A DNA stretch of 64,000 nucleotides from Camelus ferus (lineage: Eukaryota): the NCBI RefSeq assembly GCF_009834535.1, contig NC_045707.1:45882001-45946000 (forward strand). Direction: 5' to 3'. The notes under the pieces were generated by a model, which did no database searches, was not told the DNA's origin, and was given only the letters and a program-made list of their open reading frames with translations. Of the stretch, positions 1-12,800 are shown one piece after another; position 1 is the first letter of the stretch; every line of letters begins with the position of its first letter. The translations under genes were made by a program, and so were the position numbers.

Positions 1-802
1 TCCTACCCACTAAAGGCCAGTGGACCTTCCCAGTTTGTGACAACCAAAAGTTGCCTTACACGTGTCCTGATGTCCCAAGGGGAACACTACTGTCTTAGAT
101 TGAGAACAACTGTTGCCCAAAAGGAGACAAATTATAGACTTTTTCATTTATATCTACTCACGCAGATAATAAGACTGAAACATTCAGAAACATTTAACAA
201 AGGCAAAGGGTTAATAAAAAGAATAAAACACAGCTGAAGCTAAATAACCTAGCTCACAAAATATGGTAATATAATTTCCTAAGGTCCAGTAGGCTTCCAT
301 GTGGCATTTCTTCCTTTTTCAGGACCAGACTAAGAAAAAGCAGCTGAGTGCTGATCCTCTTAAATAGTTGCTTCTCAGAATTCTGGTTTCCTATCCCAGA
401 ATCCTTCTCTCCCATGGCAGTTTATCCTGGAATGGTCCTTAGCTTCCAGGTAAAATCCTATCCTTATCCTTGTAAACTTCAACAGAACAATCAAATCTCA
501 GCAGAAAACAACCCTGTCATTGATACACAACTCATACTGTTGATACTCATGGTCCATAATGTCTCTTTAGTGTCTTCCAAGCTCATGTTTTTCATAAGTA
601 CTGTTTTTACCTTGCTTTTGCTCTCCTTGAACCAACCTTATCGTCTCTATTTCTGCCTACTCGCAGTTAACTGAGCTCCTCCAGTGGTTGGTGGTTGGTG
701 GTTGGTGACAAGATAGCTATCTTGTTGTCTGGAGTTGCTCAGTGTTGCAATTCATTGGTAATGATGATGATCAAATGCCCCTTCTGTCCCTACATATTTT
801 AG

Positions 803-861
803 ATGCCCTTGCTGTGGTTATAGAGGTAGCCAACCACGCCAATGACACCATGAAGCAAGGA
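803..861 (+). CDS. FGD6: FGD6 coding exon (end of DH domain: [20 protein letters not shown])
   Basis: tttag acceptor, gtaagt donor at 862, in frame with next exon. Confidence 0.93.
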
Positions 862-3800
862 GTAAGTACATTCATTTCAGTGGCTGCTGTGCTGTTGAGC
901 CCGGGAGCCCGTGCCTTCACATACTCTACATTCTCTTTCTGTAGGACAACTTTCAGAAACTTATGCAAATTCAGTACAGCTTAAATGGACACCATGAAAT
1001 AGTTCAGCCTGGACGGGTAAGTGCTTTGGACGGCCTTTTGCAAACTTAACACAGTGGATTTAGGCACTGTTTGTAGCTATTTCCATTTCAGTTATGAAAA
1101 TAGGTTATTTGTTATTGTTACTCTTCAGTGACCCAATCTGGATCAACTCAGTTCATTCTATCCTTTCAAAACATTCATGATTTAAGTCACTATGAAAAGA
1201 AGTCCAATTCAATTAGGAGAATGGCAAGGGACCCCACAGAGTATCTGATTAAATAGGATCATTTTATTGTGTAATACTAGCTGACCTCACACAGCTTTAA
1301 AGACAGTTTCATTTAAAATCTTTAATGTAAAAGAGGATTATAAGGGGAGGGAGAAAATTGGTATTTTGATGCTCCTCACAGAGCACAAAAGTGGCCAAGG
1401 GGATGAATCCAGGAAAATTACAAACTGCAGTTGTCAGGATGTTGGCTGTGCCTCAGGATCAAGTGCACGCTTGGTCAGTTACATCTCAGACCACATGGTA
1501 CTGGGGCTCAGTACTGGATTTATGAAACTCGGCTGGCTTATCCAATTCCTAAGTGACTTAAAGGACTTAAAAAGAAACTATGACACTAAAAAGTCACAAG
1601 GAAACTATGTCCACCCATCCCCTACAAAAATAAATTCTGGGAAAAGGAGGTTGAAAAGGAAATTATATGTATTTTGTAGTTGTATTATGACGGTAGTACT
1701 AAATGTGTTTTTTTGGCTGAATCAGGTATTTCTCAAAGAGGGAACTCTGATGAAACTATCTCGGAAAGTCATGCAGCCCCGGATGTTTTTCCTGGTAAGT
1801 GGCCACGTGTGTTTCTGTTGAGTCCAAGGCAGGAATAATTGCTTAATGAAAGGAGATGTTTGTTCATGACAGATAAGCTTAGCACATTCAAATAGCAGTT
1901 ATATTGGGGGTCTCTGAGTGGATGTATTGCTTATTTGCATTTCAAGTATAGGAAACAAAGTCTTATGATGCATAACTAGAAATTTACTTCCTTTTTAAAT
2001 TTAGTTTATTTCACCTCTAATTTGGAAAAATTTATTCAATCTATTATTTGTTTCAGCATATTGTAATACCTTAGTGGGATTTAGAATTCACAAAACATTG
2101 AATCTGTTACAGAATTTGGACAGAAAGCACCATTTTCTAGAAATTACTTTTTAGTAATACTCTAATAAAGCATTCTAGGTGGTTCTGGTTTTATAAGCAG
2201 AACATAAGTATTTTATTCAGAGTGTTTTAAACAGAGAGGTAATATTGTTCCTTTATTCCTGTGTCTTATCAATACCTTTGTAGCTGAAATTTGTTTCTTT
2301 CCATTGTCCTATGAAATGTTTCTACTTTCAGTTTAATGATGCCCTGTTGTATACAACACCAGTACAGTCTGGGATGTATAAACTGAACAACATGCTCTCA
2401 TTGGCTGGAATGAAGGTCTGTGCATCTGTTAGAAGATACTTTCTTTTTACCCTAATATATTTAGAGAAGGAGCTCTAAGATAATCATCTTTCTCACATCC
2501 TTATCTCTTCTCTTTCCATGTGTTACTGTTTATTTATTCATTTTTGAGGTCATTTGTTCCCTCATACATTAATTTAGTCGTGAGACATTTACTGAGAACT
2601 ACTATAAACAAAACATGTTATCAGTTGGTGAAAAACACAAAGATGAATTGAAGTGTGATTCTTTTTGTCTCTACCTCTGCTGCAGTGCCCCCAGGAACTT
2701 AGCAACTAGTTGGGAAGCCAATTTGCAACACATGAATACCTATAAAATAGATAGTAATAAATATCACTATAAAAGCGCAGTTAAGGTTTGTGGGAGCTCC
2801 GAAAATAAGGAACATGCAGCTTTTAGTGGGACATGGTGGGGATTGGTGGCAGCTAGGAAAGAGGGAGAACTGAGCAAGTCTTTTTGGAGGAAGAGCCAAG
2901 GGTTACAGAATAGGTCACATATGGCGGTGCTGAGGTGTGGGGAAAGGCAGTCCAGGTAAAGGAAATAGTCTGACAAAAGCCTAAGGGTGGGGAAGTTGGG
3001 CCTGTGTGTCTGGATGTATTTAAATTTGTCTGGAGCATAGCGCAGATGAGGAAGAGTAATGGTGGATCAAACTGGATCCAAAGATGAGGGGTGATGTCAG
3101 CAGCCAGGCATCGGGCAACTTGAGCTGTGCTTCAGGGATAAAATTTTCAATGGGATAAGTCTGCTTAAATTGGTTTGCTTTCCTTCAGGTTGGAAAACCC
3201 ACCCAAGAGGCATATCAGAATGAACTAAAGATTGAAAGTGTAGAACGTTCCTTCATCCTCTCAGCCAGGTATATTTTAAAAATATATATAGATGAACATT
3301 TGCCAGTATTACAGGGTCAGACAGCTCCAGCATTTTTCACATTTAGGTTAACTACCAGACTTATTATTTTCTCCTTCTTTTCTTTCCTAATACCATGCAG
3401 TTTACTCTTGATTTGCCACATAGGTAAAATGTCTGTGAGCCGTTGCCATTGTGTGCTAGAAGCACAAAGGTAAGAATGTTCCTGAATAGAATGATAATGC
3501 TGAGAAGGGCGCTTTGCTGATCTTTTTTTTTTTTTGCAGGGGGGAGGTGTAATTAACTTTATCTATTTATTTATTATTATTATTATTATTTTTTAATTTA
3601 ATGGAGGTACTGGGGATTGAACCCATGACCTCGTGCATGCTAAGCATGCACTCTACCACTGAGCTATACCCTACCCACTGATCAGTTTTTTAAAGTGAGT
3701 ATTTCAGTTCTTTTTACAATGATACATAATGTTTTTAAAAACATATAGTGCTTTGTAGTTTACTAGGAAGTTTTCACGTAACATTCAAAGTTATAGTAAA

Positions 3801-6800
3801 TCCCTGAGGTAGGTGTCATTAAAAATAAGGAAGGCTAAGTTACAGAAAAACTGAGTTGCTTTCTTAAGGATACAAAGCTGGCCAAGAATAGAATAGAAGA
3901 TCTTTTGCTTTTAAACCTATTGTTATTTATGATACCACATTGCCTCAAATTGGAACCTGCAGTGACTTATGAAAGTGTAAATCAAAATATATTACCGTAA
4001 TATAAATCAAGGAAACCTGAAGCTGTATGACTCATACACATATATTATTGAGTTCTTCGCTGGGTGGCCAAAGTGGATGTGTGGCAGGATGTGTCTGGTG
4101 AAAGGAGAGACACCAACAGCCATAGCTTGATCTGGATAACGAGTCTGGGTGGCTCTCAGACCTAGCCTTCGATGCAATAAAATTAGCAGCAGACACTTAT
4201 GTAGTGCTTACTTTGTGCCAGGGACTATCCTAAGCACTTTCTATGCATTAATTCATCAAATCTTCACAACACCCTTTCAAGGTAATTTGCTACTACTATA
4301 CCCATCTTATGATGGAAAAGCCAACAGCTATTAAATAGCAGAGCCAGGGGAGCTGAAATTTGAATCTGACGCTAAAATTCATGCTTTTAACCATTGCAAT
4401 GTTGCCTGTGTCCCTGGATGTCAAGGACTCAGACCAAATGTGTGGACTTCCTAAAGTCAGAACACAAGACTAGCTCCCTGGTTCATGTTACTTTTCTTGA
4501 AGTGGAATGGCCCCTGCTGCCTGACTTCAAATCTCAGGCTGACAGGAAAAGACAAATTCCTATGTTCATGGTTTGTCAGATGCTTCCCAGCTACCAGCCA
4601 GAGCAAGCAAAGTTCCGTCTGGGGCAGTGGGGAGAGGATACCTGAAGCATCCTCCAGATCAGTATTTGCAGAGCGAAAGTAAATCCTTGGAACTGTTCCC
4701 TTTTTTTCCCTTTCTATTCTTTCTTTTCTTGAGTTTGAACAAAAGTGCAAAGAACATCAAGTTAACCTATACATCAGGCTCTTGGCAAAGACTTAAGTTT
4801 GGTTCTTAAAGTCAAGAAGGTTATTTTCAAAGATCCAAAGAGGAAATGCCTATAGGAAAATTAAGCTTTCAGTTACACTTATGTTTCCTAACTGAAAATG
4901 TGCTTTGGTAAGAAAACAAAATTCTATTTTATTAAAGATTAAACAATTCAGCAAATGATGGTAAATCTTTCTTTCTTTGATTGCCTATCAGGTAAGTATC
5001 TGGATGTCTCATGTTCTTTCAGATCAGTTTCCTAGACCTTAATAAGGTTATTGGATTTTTAGGTGTGATAGGAAAGCATCGAGGGGTTTTAAGCTAAGTA
5101 TTGGGGTGATTTAATTTATATTTTTAAAAGAACGACTGTCTACTTTGTAGAAACTACAGAGACTAGAGTAGAAGGTGGAAGACCAGGGAGGAGGCTGTAG
5201 ATGATGGTGTCTGGACTAGAGTGGTAAGAAACGGTCAAATCTGGTGGAGCCAGTAGGATTACTGATGGACTGAACGTGGGGTATGCAGGAGAAATGATAA
5301 AACTGGAAAGTTCTTCATAAAGGAAAAGTAAATTTCCAAGGGAGTGTTAAGGTGGCATGGAAGAAAGGGAACAAACACATACTGAATGCAACTTGTGTGC
5401 CAGGCTCTGCTTCTGAATTCCCCCAACCACTGTGAGTCAGGTGCTGTATAACATGTAAAAAGGGCCTAAGAGGCCTCTTGTGATCTGATTCTGATCTGCC
5501 TCACCAGCCTGATCATTCACTCTCCTTGTCACCAACCCTACCAAGGCATGGCATGTTCCATCAGCATGGATCTGCTTATGGTTCTCCATGCATGCCAGCC
5601 AACTTCACAGCCTTCTGCCTTGCATGGGTGGCTACCTCTACCTAGAATCCATTCTTTCATTTAGTAAATAATACGGAGCCTCTCCCCTGGGCCAGGCATT
5701 GTGCTAGGCATCAGGGTACAGTGGAGAATCAAAAGGGCCTTTCTTTCCCTGAGCTTACATTTCGTTAGCAAAGACATAACACGTAGCAAATATTTAACAC
5801 AATCAATTGTCAGTATGATTACCCCTTAAGTAGTACACAGGAAAACTACCAGGTGCTATGAGGCTGTAAAACAAGGGACCCCGAGTAGGTTTGGTGGAGA
5901 AAGGACAGTCAGGGATAGCTTCCCTAAAGGCCTTTGTCTGTTGAGTTATGAAGGATAAGTAGGAGCTGGATAGCCAGATGGAGAGAAAAGGAGGAGGCTC
6001 CTGGCCATTGGGAACATGTGCACAGAGGTCCTGAAGTGGAAAGGGACATGGCATATTCAGAGAACTGAAAGGCCAGCATGTCACAAACATAGAGAATGAG
6101 AGGGAGAGAGACCCGAGTAAGCCTGGAAGGACAGGGAGAAAGATTATGCAGAACCATCTTGTGGATTTTGGTCTCTAACCTAAGAGCCACAGGAAACCAC
6201 GGAAAGGTTTATACAAGGGAATGATGTGATCATATTGGCAGTTTTAAAAGAATATCTGGTTGCTGTGTGGGGAATGGTCGGGGAGGGGAACTGAAGAAGA
6301 TGATGAGTAATTGGTTATAGGAAATGAGAGACAGAGAGAGAGACGTTAAGAACGAGTCTCCAGCTTGTACCGTGTTTTGGGTAGTGGTGCCATTCACTGT
6401 GATAGGTGACACTGGGAGAGGTGTAGGTGTGGGGGAGAAATCGGGAATTTAGGTTCACATGAGCATATGGAATGTGAGGTGCCTGCGAATCTTGAGAATG
6501 GGGTCATCAAGGAGGCAGTTTATGTGAGGATCTGGATGTCAGAAGGAAGCCTGGACTAGAGGCATATATTGGGGAGTCATCAGCTTAGAGATGATGACCA
6601 AAGCTAGGAGACTGACTGAGGGTGCACAGAGAGACTGGAGAGTTCCCTCTCAAACTCCTATAATTCTTCCAGTCATACCCTAGTCATCACTTCTGCAAAG
6701 CCTCCCTTGCTACCTAAATAAGGTAATTTACTACTTCTATGATATATATCTACCTTACATTTGTTGTATCATATGGTAATTACTTGTTTTTATGTCTCAC

Positions 6801-9800
6801 CTCAGTTAGATGTGAGCCCTTACAAGTGAGGTGTACTTTGTGTCATGTGCCCAGTTCATGGCTCAGTACCTGGCCCATAGACAGCTCCCAGTAAAATGAA
6901 CTGAAGTGACATGGCCTTTGGATGTCAGCATAACATCCTGCAGTTAACACAAGAAGTAAATAATGTGGCAAAGTCTGACACACCAGAAATCCCTTCTTTT
7001 GGAGAGCTTTTGCCCTTAGACATTCTTTGCAATCAGTGGGGAAATGGTGCTTATTTAATGCAAATTTGCTTTCTGGTAATGTACACATTCCATAAAGAAA
7101 AGAATACTTGGTTTAACTGTGTTTGATAGAAGGAAGATGCTGATTCTTCTGCTAACCATGTCATGAAAGCAGAGCTAGACTGCCTTCACACGATGCTGCA
7201 GGCAAATGTGTATGCTCTGTGAGAAATGTGTTATCAAGAGCTGGTAAACATTGTTTTGGCAGAACCCCACACAAGAGAGAGCCAGGAATGATTAAATGAA
7301 AGAACAACATATGTGACATGATTTGCACAGTCAAATCACATTTCCTATGCTCCCAGGGCTCCAGGAAAATCAGACAGCAATCCTCAAATTAGCCATCTGC
7401 CTCTCTGTTTTCTGTTACCTTTTCCAGTGAAAAGTTGGGGAGGGAGAAAGGGCGGGTGGACAGTAATATTTTATGAATGTTTACTTGGAACCTGAGCCTA
7501 TGTTCTCATAACAGAATTCTTCCAAGAACAGGAACAGAGGCCGGAGGTGACATGGCAGTGATGGGTTCAACCTTTAGCCACACTTGGGTCTGATACCAAG
7601 TCATCATTTAGTACAGTCTGTTCTCTAAAGCAAATTAATCTAACAGTTTGAATCCTGAGATTGCTTATCTGTAAGTAGTGATAGTCGTAAATGTGAAATA
7701 AATGGCAGCTAGCTGGGGCAGTGATGGTAGAAGAGTGGAGGTAACTGAGGCAGGTTTTGTTTGGTTTGGAGAGATAAGGGCTGTTCCTATTTTATTTTGG
7801 TTTTGGTATATAATGAAACTTTGAAAAATATACTAGTTTTAAAATTTTATTTGTAAACTGGATTTCTACCTTTTATATCCTTATGAGTCCATATTCTAAA
7901 GGGCACTTAAGCCATTCAGTAGGAAGGTACATTTCTGAGAATGATTATTATGGGGAAGGTGAGTGGTTTTTTAAGTATGTCCTTGACATCTTCTGGATTC
8001 ATCAAAATATGCCTATTTGTATCATTATTTATGATGGAATTTTTAATTTTAAAAACATTATTTAAGAAGTTCAAGTATACTTAAAATTAGAATGAATCAT
8101 ACAATGAAACTGCGTATTCAGTTACCCAGACTCAAAGCTTAACAAGATTCTGCCACAAATTTTCCTGTTTTCTAAAGTACTTTAGAACAAATTCCAGATA
8201 TCAGGTCATTTCAAGCCTACTTTAGTATGCTTCTCTTAAAAAAAAAAAAGAACATTTTCTTACACAATCACATATTATGATGATTTTATTTTATTATGAT
8301 AAGAGTTTTAAATTGATTATTAAATAATCTGTGTCTCTCTGTACAAACACACACACATACACACAATACCTAAAACGTGCTTCACACTCCTGAGCATGCA
8401 AAACAAAATGTGCTGATACCAGTGATTGAGTTACCATAGAATTTTTTAGAGCGAGGTGTGGTTACAAAAACGCAGCACAAGAATGCCTTTTCTGAGCAGG
8501 CTTTTCCCCTATTTGGCCCACTTCCATCTACATTCAAATCACATAGCTCCTGATGAACTGAGGGTAAGAACAGAATATGTGACGAGCTGAATAGGAAAAG
8601 AAGCCCTAATAACCATCGAAGGCTCTTTCCCTCATTAACCTATCCTTAAACATCTGTCTGTGACACCAGAAATATGCTTCCTTTACTCCAGTGCCCTTTC
8701 TAGATATTTTTAGTAATACTCAGTAACCTAAAAATATTTACTATTCTATGCTTTAAATTTGGGTTTGAAACTTGATTCCTTGGAATATTTTTAAATTCTC
8801 GGATTATATCTCAGGAAACTCCTTGGTTATATAAATAATCATAATTATTACTTGTATGAATAGCCCTTAAATCAAACAAAAGTACCTCCAACTTTAGGAG
8901 ACTTCAAAAGCCATTCAATAGAAAGCATTACTTTTGGAAAGAAAAAAAGCATTGTGTTTGCTAAAATGCCATGTGTTCCCTAGTGCTTGCTGTGACTATT
9001 TGTACACATAAACCTCAGAGTTGTTGCCTGTGACTGGCATTGTTGGAGGGTGGAGGAATCTGTTGCCATGGCAGAAGGAAAAAGAAGTAAGAAAAAGGCC
9101 AAGGATAAAAGCTGACAGCTGGTTGATAGAACCTTCTTTTGCCCCCAACAGTTCTGCCCCAGAAAGGGATGAATGGCTAGAAGCGATTTCCAGGTCAATA
9201 GAAGAGTATGCCAAGAAAAGAATCACGTTCTGTCCTACTAGGAGTCTTGATGAGGTATTGTCTTTTCCTTCTTATTTTGTTTTCAGTGCATTTCAATCAG
9301 TTTTTACCCTAAAGAAACTTTTCTCAGGGGCTTAGAAAAGCAACATGTGTTTAACAGAAGGCTTTTGAGGTGTGTGTACAATTTCAGAGCTAAATATTCC
9401 TTCTATTAATGTCTAACTGCAAGTCTATGATAGCATATAGTGCAGTCATATTTTTTCTAGTTATAAAACCTCATTGTAGAATATTTAGGAAATGCAATAT
9501 AGTTTAAGGAAGAAACTAATCAACTGTCATTGCACTACCACAGGCATCTTTTTAAGTTAATTTTGCGCTAGAGGATTTTTCGAGTGTAGCTATCAGTGCT
9601 TAGCATCCTGAGAACATGAAAAATATCATCCACATGTTTAGTGATACCATCAGCAATGAGCCACCAGTATAAAAAGGCTTAATGCTGGAGCAGTCAGTGT
9701 GCCTAGAGATAATCAGAAGTCATTCTTCCACAGGCAGACTCAGAAAATAAAGACGAAGTTAGTCCTCTTGGGTCCAAGGCTCCCATCTGGATTCCTGATA

Positions 9801-12800
9801 CTAGAGCCACAATGTGTATGATCTGCACAAGTGAATTCACTCTGACCTGGAGACGACACCACTGCCGGGCCTGCGGAAAGGTTGGAGAGGATAACACTTG
9901 TCTCCCTTGTGATCTGTAATAGCTCCACACTGTGCCTAGCAAGGAAGCACATTTCTCCTTGGAACCACTGTAAGGGGAGGTAGGGGAGATACTGAATCAT
10001 GGATGGTATCTTCTCTAAATATTTAGGAATGAGGCAATCTTGTTAGAGAACTTACCCTTCTCCAACCCCAAGATTACTTTAGAATGTGAAAAACAGAAAA
10101 TTTTTACTTTTAAAAAACTAACACATTCACAGTTAAATAGATGCTCACATTTATAGATAATTATTGAAACTGCATTTATTTAGATACTAAGTATTTAATA
10201 GGAGGGAACTTTCAGTGTTGAAGTTATCACTAGTGTTTCTACATCTTCATGACCTCATTAGTAAAATGAGCATAGTGACAATAACAATCAGAGAGTTGCT
10301 GTAAAGATTTAACAGATTTTACTTAGAGAGCATTTAGTACAGGCCAGACACATAGAAAAGGTACAGCAGAAGTGTTCCTGGTTGCAGCAGTGATGATGAC
10401 AATGGTGATGAAGACGATGATGATAAAGGCAGCTAACATAGGACTTACTGCACGCCAGGCACTGGTCTAAACATTTTGCACACATGAACTCCTTTAGTAT
10501 TTTATTTTATATAATAAGTACTCGGTAATAATCTGTGGCCTCTTCATCTTCAAGTGTGGTATTGTGTGTGAGTTCACTACGTGTCTGAGCTCCATTGAGT
10601 TGTTACTGAGACTCAGTGACTATGAAAACGTTTTGAAAAGTAGACAGCACTATAAATTGTAACATACCAGATGGTTTGGATACAAAGATTATTCTAAATG
10701 AAATAATTCCAATGTGTTTGCAGATTGTATGTCAAGCTTGCTCATCAAATAAGTATGGCTTAGATTACCTGAAAAATCAACCAGCAAGAGTATGTGAACA
10801 TTGTTTCCAAGAACTGCAGAAATTAGGTAATATACAAGTAAAGATTTAACTGAAAATTTCTTTATTCCCTAGATGCTTTCAAACAATGTTCTAAAAGAAT
10901 CATCTTAGGCACATTAGCAATATGATTGGTGGATACTTAACTCAAAATATTAAGTGTTTTGCTTTCTTAACTTGGTTAAGCTTTCTTAGCTCATATTTTG
11001 TGGTAATTCCAAGAGAGATTGGACTGAAACTTATTTTTACCCTGAAAACAGTTTTGCTAAGAATACTAATTGTAGAAATGTAATCACAGGATGAAAAACT
11101 TAAAACAGTTACAGAGGAACTTTAGCTTTCAAGTAATTTTGAAGCTTCTAGTTTCACAACTGTGTGCTCATTACAAATCATTTTTAATCTATCAGTAAAG
11201 TAATGCTCTATGGAAATATACTAGGTGGCACTTTGTTAGCCTTATTCTAATCACTTTGATTTAGTAAGGTTTTGTTTTACATCTAAATGTGCAGCTTTTC
11301 ACCAAATACAAAATGATAAATCTTATCTACCTGTTCATTATCTGCAAATATCCATCCCTGCAGTTAAGATGAATGCAGCTCAGGTCTACATTTTGGGAAG
11401 AGATCATTAGTTAACTTCCTGAGACCTGTAGGATCTAGATTTTTAAAAAATTATCCTTCATGCAGATGAAGATAGCTTTTCATCAGCAAATGAGAGTATC
11501 TAAGTGAATCAAACTAGATGGCATGCTATTTCAGAATCTAGCTACTTATAGAGGAATAAATAAGTATCTGTATACATTTTCCAAGAAGATACACCTATCT
11601 AATCATTTGCCACCCTTATGTTCCAACCTTTGTTCTCTGAGTATATATAATACAGGCTCAAACATTCAAAATTCCTTTTTTGAATTCTCCTCCCTCATCA
11701 CCCACACCCACTTGGTCAGTAAATCTTGTCAAATTTATCTTTGAAAACCTGTCTTGCTCTTGATTTCTTCATCTCAGCCATAATAAAGCCTTCATTATCT
11801 TCCATCTGAATTACTGTCCTAATTTCTGAACAGGTTTTTCTGCTGAAAATTCTTCCTCTTCCCTACTGCTAGATTTATTTTTTAAAATTCGGTCTGCTCG
11901 TGTTACTCCCCAGCCTAAAAGGCCTAAAAGAGAGTCCTTAGATCCAGCCTTCTTATTTTTTTTCTCCAGCCTCATCTCCAAATAGATGATCTAATTTCAT
12001 ACCTCTGTGCTTTTGCTTATGCTGACTTTTCTTCATGGAGTGTTCTTCTTCCTCTTTTTTGCTTGGCAAACTCCTACTTATACCTCAATGGCCAACTCAA
12101 ACCTCTCATTCTTTTCTCAGCTTTCCCTGAACCTCTGCAGTCAAAATTAATTACTTCCTCATTTTGTCTGATAGTCCCTTTTCTAGTACTTTGTTCACTG
12201 TAATATTTGGTCATGTATCTGGATACCAAATGCTATTGTTAGTTTTTTTGTTTGTTTGTTTTTAAGTCAGGAGGGAATTTTTATTTTTTTAAGTTGTTAG
12301 TACACTAACCTGTTTCAGAACTCTAAAGGCACAAAAAGGCAATCTTTTCATAGGATTTGCATTGAAAAAGTATAAAACCTTAGACAGTGGATCGTCTTCC
12401 TCCCACTCTACTTCCCACCATTTATCTTCTTTTCCCAGAAGCCTCAGTGTCATAAATTTCTTAAGTATCCTTCCATGGATATTTTATGCAGCAATGTTTA
12501 TTGATTTGGATTAAACTGAGTTGCAGAATGCTTGCCACTGGTTACATAAGTGTACCTGATTTGTTTTAGACCACCAGCACTCCCCTAAGACTGGATCTCC
12601 CGGAAATCACAAATCTCCTTCAAGTGCCTTATCATCAGTCTTACATAGTATTCCATCAGGGAGGAAACAGAAAAAAATCCCAGCTGCTCTCAAAGAAGTA
12701 AGTATTTCCATTAAACTTGCAACCTGATAGAGGCTGAATTATTCATATGCTTATAATACACTGTTTTTCTTTCATAAAGGAAGATGTCATTTCCTGCTAC

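Noticed and set aside
1366..1821. 151-aa ORF
   Set aside because: Only 1726-1794 is an FGD6 exon; the rest is intronic read-through.
3189..3197. FGD6 PH1 VGK where I recall human VRK
   Set aside because: Single substitution judged from memory; no basis for a functional claim.
3600..3676. tRNA-like sequence with A/B boxes (also in the other SINE copies)
   Set aside because: Multiple diverged copies with A-tails and TSDs; these are SINE heads, not tRNA genes.
9021..9335. 104-aa ORF extending the FGD6 exon into both introns; Kozak ATG at 9068 with GTAAGA at 9087
   Set aside because: The ORF has no ATG start in the upstream extension. The 9068 ATG mini-exon would need a 65-nt intron and is phase-incompatible with the next exon.
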